DNA from: a virus
Taxonomy: Duplodnaviria; Caudoviricetes
Reading direction: 5' to 3' (one strand)
IMG/VR virus record: IMGVR_UViG_3300028832_000095
Span: 1-64,000 of that record
Length of the DNA: 64,000 nucleotides
The position numbers were made by a program, and so were the translations under genes. Below are positions 48,990 through 58,435 of this stretch, piece by piece. The notes beneath the pieces are model-generated. The model was not told the DNA's origin. It saw only the letters and a program-made list of their open reading frames with translations, and searched no databases. Every line of letters starts with the position of its first letter. Positions within the stretch are counted from its first letter, which is position 1.

Positions 48990-50582
48990 GTGCAAACGAA
49001 AAGTAAAAATCCAATGCCAAACATTATTGTATGGTCTTGGATGCGTACTGTTCTAGGATTAGCAGGAACAGAGATTCTTATATTTTCATATATTTATTCA
49101 CAGTCTTTTGATTCCGTTCATAAGTGTTATACTCCGTTGAATGAGATGGAGGATTGGTTTGGAATTACAAGACAAACAATATCAAGGAATATTGAAAGAC
49201 TGGAATCAAAAAAATATCTGATTAAGAACACATTTCCAGATAAACATAATAAAATGATCAAACATAATTCATATGGAGTTGATATGGCTACGGTAAGTGA
49301 TTTGTGTGAAAAGTCAGATTATGATAGTTATAAGAATTTCATAGAAAGCTATTCCTATGTTCTGAAAAATAAGTTTCCGGCACAAAGCATTGAAATTGAC
49401 AGCTATTTAGAAAACCTTTTAAGATGGCATCAAACAAAGGATATCACTATAAAAGTGACTTTGAATGAGTTAGCAGAAGTTTTACAGAGTGATAAAAAAG
49501 ACTATACGCTAACAGAACTTCTTTCAGGTTTAACATCAAAACAAATAAAGAAAACAGTAAAGGAAGTTACAAAGAAACCTGAAAAAACAGACAAGCTGTT
49601 CGGTGAAACAAAGAAAAAGTCTACACGAGCTACTAAGAATGAGTGGTTAGCTACAAAACAGGAGATTAGCAAAGAGTTTGTATTTCTCAAAGCAGGAGGA
49701 AATCTTGATCTATTAAATGCCCTTTGTGATTTTCTTGGAACTAAAAATGGTATGAGTTATACTCCTGTTCAGTGGCAGAATCAACTTGATAATCTGTATA
49801 AGTATGGAAGAACCGTAGAACGAATGATTGAAGGTGTTCGTACCTCATTTATGAATAATTATCGTTCTCTTTATATAGTAGACAAATCAGAAGTTGACAT
49901 TGATAAAAAACTGTCTGAGATTGACAAGTATGTTTCAGAGCAGTGTGAAAATAACGAGGAACTTAAAAAATGGTTGTGTTTGTATGTGACAGAAGTTCCG
50001 AAAGGAAAATCTAGCACGATCACACAATTCACACTGATGCTTGAAAATCTTTCCGATATATGTAAAACTACACAATCTAAAATAGACAGTGTTAAACTTT
50101 CGTATACAAATTCTTATTCAGCACTTGCATATAAAAATACATCCTCTACTGGAACAGATACAGAGATTGAAATTGAGGAAAAGGAAGCTATTGTTCATAA
50201 GTTCGTTACAGATGGGTATTATCAACTCTGTGATAATCTTGAACAATCACTGTTAGATTATATACACACAACTTCAAATGGAAAATCAATGGACGCAAAA
50301 TCATTTGATGTTATTTTATGTAATTTAAGATTGTTCTGTTTGGACGATACTGAAAAAGTATCTAAGGTTATGATGGCAACACAAGCAAATCGAACATATT
50401 TTGCAACTGAGGATTTTGCTGAAACAAAACAGTTGCATTCACGACTTGAAACAAGAGAATCTATGGCAAATAGCATGGACAGATCAAGACGATTGAGAGT
50501 AGAGCAGGAAAAAAGAAAACATCCAAATGATCCAAGATTAAAGGATATAGTCTTACCACAGGTAAAAAAGAATTTTGTTTGA
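48990..50582 (+). CDS. putative replication initiator (N-terminal wHTH plus three helical repeats)
   Basis: EMEDWFGITRQTISRNIERLESKKYL; directly upstream of DnaC/DnaB. Confidence 0.7.
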   Translation: MQTKSKNPMPNIIVWSWMRTVLGLAGTEILIFSYIYSQSFDSVHKCYTPLNEMEDWFGITRQTISRNIERLESKKYLIKNTFPDKHNKMIKHNSYGVDMATVSDLCEKSDYDSYKNFIESYSYVLKNKFPAQSIEIDSYLENLLRWHQTKDITIKVTLNELAEVLQSDKKDYTLTELLSGLTSKQIKKTVKEVTKKPEKTDKLFGETKKKSTRATKNEWLATKQEISKEFVFLKAGGNLDLLNALCDFLGTKNGMSYTPVQWQNQLDNLYKYGRTVERMIEGVRTSFMNNYRSLYIVDKSEVDIDKKLSEIDKYVSEQCENNEELKKWLCLYVTEVPKGKSSTITQFTLMLENLSDICKTTQSKIDSVKLSYTNSYSALAYKNTSSTGTDTEIEIEEKEAIVHKFVTDGYYQLCDNLEQSLLDYIHTTSNGKSMDAKSFDVILCNLRLFCLDDTEKVSKVMMATQANRTYFATEDFAETKQLHSRLETRESMANSMDRSRRLRVEQEKRKHPNDPRLKDIVLPQVKKNFV

Positions 50583-50596
50583 TCTGAGGTGATGAG

Positions 50597-51352
50597 ATGC
50601 GAGATGAAAATTATGTGCGAAAATCTGATGTTTCAAACTGTTGGTATAAAGATATGTGTAATAACTATGATACCGATATGTGTAAAGAAACGTGTAAGAA
50701 ATTCACACAAACAGATTATTTATTTCAAATGAGTAATCTACCAAAAAGCTGTTGGAAAGCACAAAGACTTGATGATTCTTGTTTAGATGATGCCGTAAAA
50801 GAAGTCTTAAATACAATCGTTGCAGACTGTGAATTCTTTGTCAAGAAAGGGTTCAATCTGTATTTATATGGAGAAACAGGTTGTGGAAAAACAAGTTGGG
50901 CAATTAAAATAATGAATAATTATTTTGCAAGTATTGCAGAATATAATGATTTCACGACAAGAGGGCTGTATATAAATGTAGCAAGTTTCTTACGAGATGC
51001 AAAACTTAATATGACATATAAATCAGAAAACTATTATCAGCTTCTTGAAACCATAAAACAATGTGATATTGTTATCTGGGATGACATCGGACAAACAGAT
51101 CCGACAAATTATGAATCACAGTGGATGTATTCTTTTATAAATGAAAGATTATTAGCAAAGAAGTGTAACATATATACAAGTAATCTATCACCACAGCAAC
51201 TAGAAAAAGTAGATAAGAGATTAGAATCCCGTATATGTAAAGGATCAGACTGTTTAGAAATAACAGGTTTAGACATGAGATCGAATAATACATATACAGC
51301 ATTCATGAACAGTTCGGAGGTTGAGTATGGTTCAAGCACAGATTATAAGTAA
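50597..51352 (+). CDS. DnaC/IstB-like helicase loader ATPase
   Basis: GETGCGKT, IWDDIG, INER, TSNL, SRI. Confidence 0.88.
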   Translation: MRDENYVRKSDVSNCWYKDMCNNYDTDMCKETCKKFTQTDYLFQMSNLPKSCWKAQRLDDSCLDDAVKEVLNTIVADCEFFVKKGFNLYLYGETGCGKTSWAIKIMNNYFASIAEYNDFTTRGLYINVASFLRDAKLNMTYKSENYYQLLETIKQCDIVIWDDIGQTDPTNYESQWMYSFINERLLAKKCNIYTSNLSPQQLEKVDKRLESRICKGSDCLEITGLDMRSNNTYTAFMNSSEVEYGSSTDYK

Positions 51353-52646
51353 GATACTGAAATCAAAATCTCTGGACATTGTTTTTGATAATGATCTAAC
51401 CGAAGCACATTTTGGAGATTACTCTCCGGAATACAATTTTATATATAATCACTATAAGCAGTATGGTAATGTTCCGGACAATGAAACATTTTTAGATAAT
51501 TTTGAGGACTTCAAAATCCTTGATGTAGAAGAAAGTGACAGTTATCTAATAGATAAAATAAATGAAGACTACCAATACAGAGTTCTTGTTCCGGTTATCA
51601 ACAAAGCTGCGGAACTGACAAAAACAGATTCCATTGAAGCCGTGGATTATCTTAAATCAATGTTAGCTCAGATTCAAATTCTTAATGCCACAGAAGGAGT
51701 AGATATTATTTCTCAGGCAGAATTAAGACTTGAAATGTATATAAAGAAAAGAAACTCCAAAGAACCTTGGATGCGTCCAACAGGTTTCAAGGAACTTGAT
51801 GAAGCTATCGGAGGATTAAGTCCGGGTGAAGAATTCCTTGTTATCGTAGCTAGAACTAATAATGGTAAATCTTGGATTCTTACAAAAATTCTGGAACATA
51901 ACTGGAAGATCGGAGGTAATGTAGGATATATAAGTCCTGAAATGAGTGCCGAATCTGTTGGATACAGATTCGATTCACTGAATGAGCATTTCTCTAATTT
52001 TGCTTTGTATGCTGGTAGGGAAGTTGAAAATTATGAACAATATATTAAAGATTTAAAAGAAAAGTCAAAAAACAAATTCATAGTAGCAACACCTCTTGAC
52101 TTCAATAAGAAAATAACTGTATCAAAACTAAGAAAATTCTGTTTGCGTAATAAATTGGATATTCTTGGTATTGACGGTATCACATACCTTACGGATGAAA
52201 GATATCACAAAGGGGATAATAAAACAACATCACTAACAAATATCAGTGAGGACTTAATGAGTCTTAGTTGTGAATTAAAAATACCTATTATTGCAGTTGT
52301 TCAGGCAAACAGATCTGGTGTTGAGGAAGATGGCAGTGTTCCGTCTTTGGAGAGTATTCGTGATTCAGATGGTATCTCACATAATGCATCAAAAGTTTTG
52401 TCTATAAGACAACAGAATAATAAACTTAAAATGGAAGTCACAAAAGCTAGAAACTGTAAGGTAGGAACAAAACTTTGCTATGATTGGACTATTGATACAG
52501 GTGAATTTTCATATAACGCTAGTCCGGAAGAGTATTCAGAATCATCAAAAACTGAATCTAGGTATTCAAGACATAACAATAATGAGGAAGTTGAAAATAA
52601 ACAACCTATAATGCCAAGACGAGGTGGATCACAGACACCATTCTAA
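51321..52646 (+). CDS. replicative DnaB-like helicase
   Basis: TGFKELD..IGG, ARTNNGKS, SPEM, QANR, SDGISHNA. Confidence 0.9.
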   Translation: MSMVQAQIISKILKSKSLDIVFDNDLTEAHFGDYSPEYNFIYNHYKQYGNVPDNETFLDNFEDFKILDVEESDSYLIDKINEDYQYRVLVPVINKAAELTKTDSIEAVDYLKSMLAQIQILNATEGVDIISQAELRLEMYIKKRNSKEPWMRPTGFKELDEAIGGLSPGEEFLVIVARTNNGKSWILTKILEHNWKIGGNVGYISPEMSAESVGYRFDSLNEHFSNFALYAGREVENYEQYIKDLKEKSKNKFIVATPLDFNKKITVSKLRKFCLRNKLDILGIDGITYLTDERYHKGDNKTTSLTNISEDLMSLSCELKIPIIAVVQANRSGVEEDGSVPSLESIRDSDGISHNASKVLSIRQQNNKLKMEVTKARNCKVGTKLCYDWTIDTGEFSYNASPEEYSESSKTESRYSRHNNNEEVENKQPIMPRRGGSQTPF

Positions 52647-52662
52647 CTATTGGAGGATTATT

Positions 52663-52935
52663 ATGAAGGGCGTTAAAATAGTACCAAAGAAATTTTCAAA
52701 GCAGTACCTTAAAGATCACAGCAATATGATTTTCAAAAATCGTGAATTGATTGTTGAAGAAGAAAAAGGAACAGATAAAGATTCCACAGTTCTTCGGTTT
52801 AAGATCGGTGATGGTGTAACACCTTATTACTCCTTAAAGTATGCATCTTCTTTATATGCTCTGTTCCCTGAAATTGTTTTCTACGATGAAGGTTATGATA
52901 ATTACATTGCAGTTGATTTTGGTGGTGAGAAGTAA
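52663..52935 (+). CDS. small protein with tail-fibre-like KIGDGVTP motif
   Basis: RFKIGDGVTPYYSLKY; GGAGG RBS. Confidence 0.6.
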   Translation: MKGVKIVPKKFSKQYLKDHSNMIFKNRELIVEEEKGTDKDSTVLRFKIGDGVTPYYSLKYASSLYALFPEIVFYDEGYDNYIAVDFGGEK

Positions 52936-53952
52936 GTGTTTACAGCTTTTGGTCAACCAATATTAGCGGATGAAATGGATGTCTTGATTGAACTGAGAGA
53001 TCAGTTAAATCTAAATGGGATTGACAGACTTCGATATATGAGGAGACTTCCAAACAGTATTCAAGTGTCGTGCCCATTTCATAAAGGTGGTCAAGAAACA
53101 AATCCGTCATGTGGAATAACAACCACTGATATTAAAAAAGGTGATAGAATAGTCAAAGCAGGTTCCGTTCATTGCTTTACTTGTGGATATATTTCTACAC
53201 TTGAAGAAATGATTAGTAGGATGTTTGGTCGGGAGGATTTTGGAGCTTTTGGAGCGCAGTGGTTAAGAAAGAATTTTTTAACTGTTGAATATGAATCAAG
53301 ACCGGATATTACATTAGATATGTCAAGATCATCGAAAAGCACAAAAGAAGAAATAAAATATGTCTCAGAAGAAGAATTAGATAAATATAGATACACTCAC
53401 CCTTATATGTATAAGAGAAAACTAACAGATGAAGTTATTGATATGTTTGATGTTGGATACGATTCTGACTTTGAGTTGAAAACGAAGAACGGAGTTAGGA
53501 ATATCAAGTGTGTTACATTTCCGGTAAGAGATGAAACTGGTGAAACCTTGTTTGTAGCTAGAAGATCCGTTGAAGGTAAATTCTTTAATTATCCTAGTGG
53601 GGTTCTAAAACCTATTTATGGTATATACGAGCTTTCAAAATTAGATACTTTTCCGGATGAGATTATTATATGCGAATCTATATTCAATTGTCTAACGTGT
53701 TGGGTATATGGTAAATATGCAGTAGCATTAAATGGAACAGGATCTTCCACTCAATATGAACAGTTATTGAAAATGCCAAATCGAAAATTTATTCTCGGTC
53801 TTGATCCAGATAAGGCAGGAAATTCAGGAAGAAGGAAGTTACACGATCATTTAGGCAAAACAAAAGTTATCACAGATTTAATAATACCTAACGGAAAGGA
53901 TATCAATGATTTAAGCAAGGAAGAATTTGAAAATTTAGAAGAAATTTTTTGA
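52936..53952 (+). CDS. DnaG-type primase (CHC2 zinc finger plus TOPRIM)
   Basis: CPFH..HCFTC, ICES, LDPDKAG, KDIND. Confidence 0.9.
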   Translation: MFTAFGQPILADEMDVLIELRDQLNLNGIDRLRYMRRLPNSIQVSCPFHKGGQETNPSCGITTTDIKKGDRIVKAGSVHCFTCGYISTLEEMISRMFGREDFGAFGAQWLRKNFLTVEYESRPDITLDMSRSSKSTKEEIKYVSEEELDKYRYTHPYMYKRKLTDEVIDMFDVGYDSDFELKTKNGVRNIKCVTFPVRDETGETLFVARRSVEGKFFNYPSGVLKPIYGIYELSKLDTFPDEIIICESIFNCLTCWVYGKYAVALNGTGSSTQYEQLLKMPNRKFILGLDPDKAGNSGRRKLHDHLGKTKVITDLIIPNGKDINDLSKEEFENLEEIF

Positions 53953-53970
53953 AAAATTTTCAAAAAACAC

Positions 53971-54008
53971 TTGACAAATCAAAAAAAGTATGTTATAATA
54001 TATTTACA
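53971..54008 (+). promoter_or_regulatory. sigma-A-type early promoter
   Basis: TTGACA-17nt-TATAAT-ATATTTACA. Confidence 0.88.
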
Positions 54009-54061
54009 GTAAAACACAGAAACCAAAAACCATAAAACCATAAAACAGGAGGAAAACGAAA

Positions 54062-54376
54062 ATGACTAACACAAAGACTTCCAATCAGGTAATCACCATT
54101 ACTGATACTGAACTTCTTAAAGTAGTTGAGGAGTATCAGTCCTACAAGAATCTCATTGACGAAGCTACGGCAATTGTCAAGGAACTTGGTGCTAAGATCA
54201 CCGAAGCCGTAGAAAACAGTGGAACAAATACAATCAATGTCGGATGCCACAAGGTATCGCTTTCTAAGTATACCAGAGAGAGTGTTTCGGCAAAGGATGT
54301 TAAAGCACTTGTTTCCGCAGAAGTCTTTGAGAAGTTAGTTTCAAGAACTATGACCACAAGGCTTACTGTGAAATAA
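54062..54376 (+). CDS. small early protein in its own transcription unit
   Basis: AGGAGG RBS; bracketed by promoter and terminator. Confidence 0.75.
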   Translation: MTNTKTSNQVITITDTELLKVVEEYQSYKNLIDEATAIVKELGAKITEAVENSGTNTINVGCHKVSLSKYTRESVSAKDVKALVSAEVFEKLVSRTMTTRLTVK

Positions 54377-54392
54377 CAGTAAGCCTTTTTTC
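54358..54392 (+). terminator. intrinsic terminator
   Basis: AAGGCTTACTGT / ACAGTAAGCCTT plus T-run. Confidence 0.85.
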
Positions 54393-54460
54393 ATTGGTAT
54401 ATTCTGCTTAAGCAGTTTATATAAATCAAAACATTAAAAATTAGAAAGGGCGTATGAAAC

Positions 54461-55153
54461 ATGAAGTTCAATGCAAAAAACGATTTGGAGAAGTATGCAC
54501 CGGATCAAACTGGTTATTTCTCCCTGAAGGATGACGGAGACTCTTGCAGAGTTCGTTTCCTTTATGAATCTCTTGATGATGTGGAAGGATATTGTGTTCA
54601 CAGAGTCAAAGATAAGTATGGCAATTTCAAGTATGTGAATTGCATTAGAGATTACAGCGATCCACTTGATGTTTGTCCATGCTGTTCTTCTACAGAAGAT
54701 GCTGACAGAAAGACAATTACAAAGTTCTGGATCCCTCTTTACAAAGTAGACGAACACGAAGCGGTTCTTTGGGATCGTGGTAAGGCAATGTATAAACAGC
54801 TTGCAACCCTTATGGTTGAAAAAGGTGGAGCACCGTTCTGTGGTCACATATTTACTATTGAAAGACATGGAAAAGCAGGTGATTTTGATACAACATACGA
54901 GATCATTGATGAGGGTGTAGATGAAACTGTTTTGGATGATATTCTCGAAGAAATTGAATCTATTCCAACACCGGAAGGTTCTCTTCTTATGGATATTGAT
55001 TATGATGCAATGAAGAAGTTTGTGGAAACTCGTAGCTTTGCTTCAAATTCTGATTCTAGTGATGTGCCGGAAGATATTCCAATTCGGCGTAGAGAAAGAT
55101 CCACAAATGACGATATTCCAAGACGGCGCGGAATTCAAAGACCTGATACCTAA
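54461..55153 (+). CDS. single-stranded DNA-binding protein (gp32-like)
   Basis: FSLKDDGD..VRFL, H..C..CPCC, ERHGKAGD.DTTY, charged tail. Confidence 0.75.
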   Translation: MKFNAKNDLEKYAPDQTGYFSLKDDGDSCRVRFLYESLDDVEGYCVHRVKDKYGNFKYVNCIRDYSDPLDVCPCCSSTEDADRKTITKFWIPLYKVDEHEAVLWDRGKAMYKQLATLMVEKGGAPFCGHIFTIERHGKAGDFDTTYEIIDEGVDETVLDDILEEIESIPTPEGSLLMDIDYDAMKKFVETRSFASNSDSSDVPEDIPIRRRERSTNDDIPRRRGIQRPDT

Positions 55154-55165
55154 TGGTGAACTATT

Positions 55166-57538
55166 ATGGCAGGGTTCTTTGGTTTAAGCTCTGCAAGGTC
55201 TACAAAGAAACGTGATCAGAAGTTAGCAAAATCAGCTTCTAAAACAGTACAGAGTTCCACTGCCGTTAAAATAAAGGGCAGTGGAACACTATTAGATAAA
55301 ATACAAGCAATCAAATCACTTGTAAAGTCTAAGTTTGAGGGTAAAGAGGATGAATTAAAACTAATCGTCACGGAAGCAGATCTTAAAGAGTATATTGATA
55401 AAAGTATAGAAAATGGAGTAATAAGTATAGATACTGAAACAACAGGTCTTGATCCAATACTAGATCAACTTGTAGGTATTTGCATTTATACTCCAGGTCT
55501 TAAAGCAGCATATATCCCGGTAAACCATATAAGTTATATCACACAAATCAAGTGTGAGAATCAACTTCCAGTTGAAATACTCACAAAGTATTTTCAGATG
55601 CTTGTTGATGAAAATGTCAAAACTATATGGTTTAATGCACCCTTTGATATTCGATTTTTAGGAAATCATATCAATGTTTGGTTCACGGCATATTTCGATA
55701 CTTCTATAGCATCTAAATGTTTGAACAGTGCCGAACCAGAAGGTTCTAGAACACTCAAAGCCCTACACAAGAAATATTGCTGGGGAAACAGAGGAGAAGC
55801 CTTAACATTCGGAAAACTGTTTGAGAATATTCCATTCAATCTAGTTCCAATAGATGTTGCATATTTATATGCGGCAAGTGATGCTATTTATACATATGAA
55901 TTGTATGAATTTCAGGCACAGTATCTGGAACCAGATGGAATATATTATGAATCTCATAATATGCAAAGACTTTCTTCTTTGTTCTTTAATGTAGAGATGA
56001 AGTCTATGGTAACATTTATATCTATGGAGCAACAAGGTGTTTGTTTTGATTATGATCATGCAAAGAAACTTTCTGAGCAATATCATGAATTAGCCGATAA
56101 GGTAGAACAGAACCTCAATACTGTTTGTGAACCATATATGAATAAGATAAATGATTATCGTAGGACACATCCTAATTGTAAACTAACAGATCCAATCAAT
56201 TTTGGTAGCCCAACACAATTAGCAATAATTCTGTATGATATCTTAGGAATGAAATCTCCGGATGTTAAAAACCCAAGAGGAACAGGTGTTGACATACTAG
56301 AACAGATGGATCATCCTTTGTGTAAGGCAGTTTTGGATAATAGAGCCTTTTCCAAAGTTCTTAGCACTTATATTGATAAACTTCCAGAGGAAGCATCAAA
56401 GTATCCGGATAAACGAATACATTGTAAGTTTAATCAGTATGGTGCAGATACTGGTCGTGTTTCTTCCAATTCACCTAATCTACAGAATATCCCTAGTAAT
56501 CCTTTTGTTCTTAGTGATGGAACAAAGATTGATTCGGGTCACGATGTAAGACAGTTGTTTACCGCAACCCCTGGTTATGTTTTACTTTCTTGTGACTATT
56601 CTGGACAGGAAGTAAGAGTTACCGCACATCTAAGTAATGACCAAAAAATGATAAAGGCATACCAAGATGGTAAAGATGTTTATTCTGAAATAGCAGCGCT
56701 TGCATTTAATACCACCTACGAAGAGTGTTGTGAGTACAGACCTGATGGAACTGCTAATCCAGACGGAAAAAAACGTAGAGGAGAATCGAAGAAAATTGTT
56801 CTTGGAATTCTTTATGGACGTGGTATTCCTTCTATTGCAGAACAATTAGGAAAGTCTGTTCAGGATGCACAAAAAATCTATGATAAAGTTCTTTCAAAAT
56901 TTGAAGGTCTTGCTAAGTTTATTTCTGATTCCGAAGATATGGCCAGGGAACTAGGTTATGTTGAAACCGTATGGGGTAGAAGGCGTCAACTCCCAGATAT
57001 GCAATTACCTTATTATGAGTTTTCTTATAAGAGTGGGTATAATCCAGACTTTGATCCTCTTAATGACGATGTTGAAATGTCTTCGGAAGTTCCAGAAGAT
57101 GTTGTAAGAACATTAACTAAAAAACTCTTGAATTGTCGGAGTTGGAAACAAAGGGAATCGTTAAAAGAGCAAATCAGAAATCAGGGTATTAACATAAAGG
57201 ATAATAGCTCTTTTATAGCTCAGGCACAAAGGCAGTGTGTTAATGCAAGAGTTCAGGGGTCTAGTGCAGATTTGACAAAACTAGCACAGATAGAACTTTA
57301 CAATAATCAAGAACTTAAAGATCTTGGTTTTCGAATGTTAATTCCAGTACACGATGAAATCATCGCTGAGTGTCCTGTTGAAAATGTAAAAAGATGTTCT
57401 GAGTTAATGAGTTATTGTATGGTTCACGCAGGAAAGGATCTTTGTGTTCCCCTTAAATGTGATGTGGCACTATTTAAGAGTTGGTACGGAAAAGAATTAA
57501 GTGTTGAAGAAGTTCTGGAACAGTTGGGGAGTGATTAA
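55166..57538 (+). CDS. polA: family A DNA polymerase with 3'-5' exonuclease
   Basis: IDTETTG, FNAPFD, YAASD, TGRVSS..PNLQNIP, DYSGQEVR, K....G..YG, QGSSAD, VHDE. Confidence 0.95.
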   Translation: MAGFFGLSSARSTKKRDQKLAKSASKTVQSSTAVKIKGSGTLLDKIQAIKSLVKSKFEGKEDELKLIVTEADLKEYIDKSIENGVISIDTETTGLDPILDQLVGICIYTPGLKAAYIPVNHISYITQIKCENQLPVEILTKYFQMLVDENVKTIWFNAPFDIRFLGNHINVWFTAYFDTSIASKCLNSAEPEGSRTLKALHKKYCWGNRGEALTFGKLFENIPFNLVPIDVAYLYAASDAIYTYELYEFQAQYLEPDGIYYESHNMQRLSSLFFNVEMKSMVTFISMEQQGVCFDYDHAKKLSEQYHELADKVEQNLNTVCEPYMNKINDYRRTHPNCKLTDPINFGSPTQLAIILYDILGMKSPDVKNPRGTGVDILEQMDHPLCKAVLDNRAFSKVLSTYIDKLPEEASKYPDKRIHCKFNQYGADTGRVSSNSPNLQNIPSNPFVLSDGTKIDSGHDVRQLFTATPGYVLLSCDYSGQEVRVTAHLSNDQKMIKAYQDGKDVYSEIAALAFNTTYEECCEYRPDGTANPDGKKRRGESKKIVLGILYGRGIPSIAEQLGKSVQDAQKIYDKVLSKFEGLAKFISDSEDMARELGYVETVWGRRRQLPDMQLPYYEFSYKSGYNPDFDPLNDDVEMSSEVPEDVVRTLTKKLLNCRSWKQRESLKEQIRNQGINIKDNSSFIAQAQRQCVNARVQGSSADLTKLAQIELYNNQELKDLGFRMLIPVHDEIIAECPVENVKRCSELMSYCMVHAGKDLCVPLKCDVALFKSWYGKELSVEEVLEQLGSD

Positions 57539-58423
57539 GTGGGATTTGACATTTATTTTGCTGGAAGTCAAAATAAACTTGCCGAAGATTATATGATGAA
57601 TAATGGTTGTAATAGACTTCTTTCCTATTACAGTGATAAATCTATTATTAAATCTTGGGTGGATTTCAAAAAGTCTACCCAAGATACCACAAACAAGTTA
57701 TTTATAGACTGTGGTGCCTATACGGCATTTACTCAAGGTGTTACAATAGATATAGATAATTATATTCAGTATATAAATAATATTATTGATTATATTGATA
57801 TATTTGCGAGTTTGGATATTATTGGGGGTGGGGATGTTCAGGACTCGGATAAGAAAAGTTACGACAACTATTTATACATAAAAGAACATTGTAAAGGTAA
57901 GCATAAATTACTTCCCACATATCACCAGGGGGATGATATTCAATATTTGTATAAGTATTTAGAGGATGATGATATTGATTATATTGCTCTGGGAGGTTTA
58001 GTAGGAAGTACAAAAGGTGTTCTTGATAACTTTTTTCAAACTTGTTATAAAGTTATACAAAAAGTAAGACCCGGAATTAAGGTTCATGCATTTGGTATGA
58101 CTTCAAAACCTCTTTTAAAATCCTACCCATTTAAAAGTGCTGATTCCACAGCGTGGATTATGACAAGTGCCAATGGAGGTATAATGTCACCTTGGGGAGT
58201 TATCAATATTAGTGAAAAACAAGATCATTTGGTAAAAAATTATGCCAATATGCGGAAAGAGGAACAAGAACAGGTTCAACAGTATTTACAGTCTCTTGGT
58301 TTTACTGTTCAACAATGTATGGAAGATTATAAAATAAGGTGTCTCGTTAATATTATGTATTTACAACAATTCGCAGATAACCATGAACGTAAATTAAAGG
58401 GTTTAAAAAAATCCTTATTTTGA
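57539..58423 (+). CDS. dpdA: DpdA-like DNA 7-deazaguanine transglycosylase (TGT fold)
   Basis: FIDCGAYT, LDII, PTYHQG, IALGG, HAFG, SADSTAW; adjacent to que genes. Confidence 0.78.
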   Translation: MGFDIYFAGSQNKLAEDYMMNNGCNRLLSYYSDKSIIKSWVDFKKSTQDTTNKLFIDCGAYTAFTQGVTIDIDNYIQYINNIIDYIDIFASLDIIGGGDVQDSDKKSYDNYLYIKEHCKGKHKLLPTYHQGDDIQYLYKYLEDDDIDYIALGGLVGSTKGVLDNFFQTCYKVIQKVRPGIKVHAFGMTSKPLLKSYPFKSADSTAWIMTSANGGIMSPWGVINISEKQDHLVKNYANMRKEEQEQVQQYLQSLGFTVQQCMEDYKIRCLVNIMYLQQFADNHERKLKGLKKSLF

Positions 58424-58435
58424 AAGGAGCTTTTT

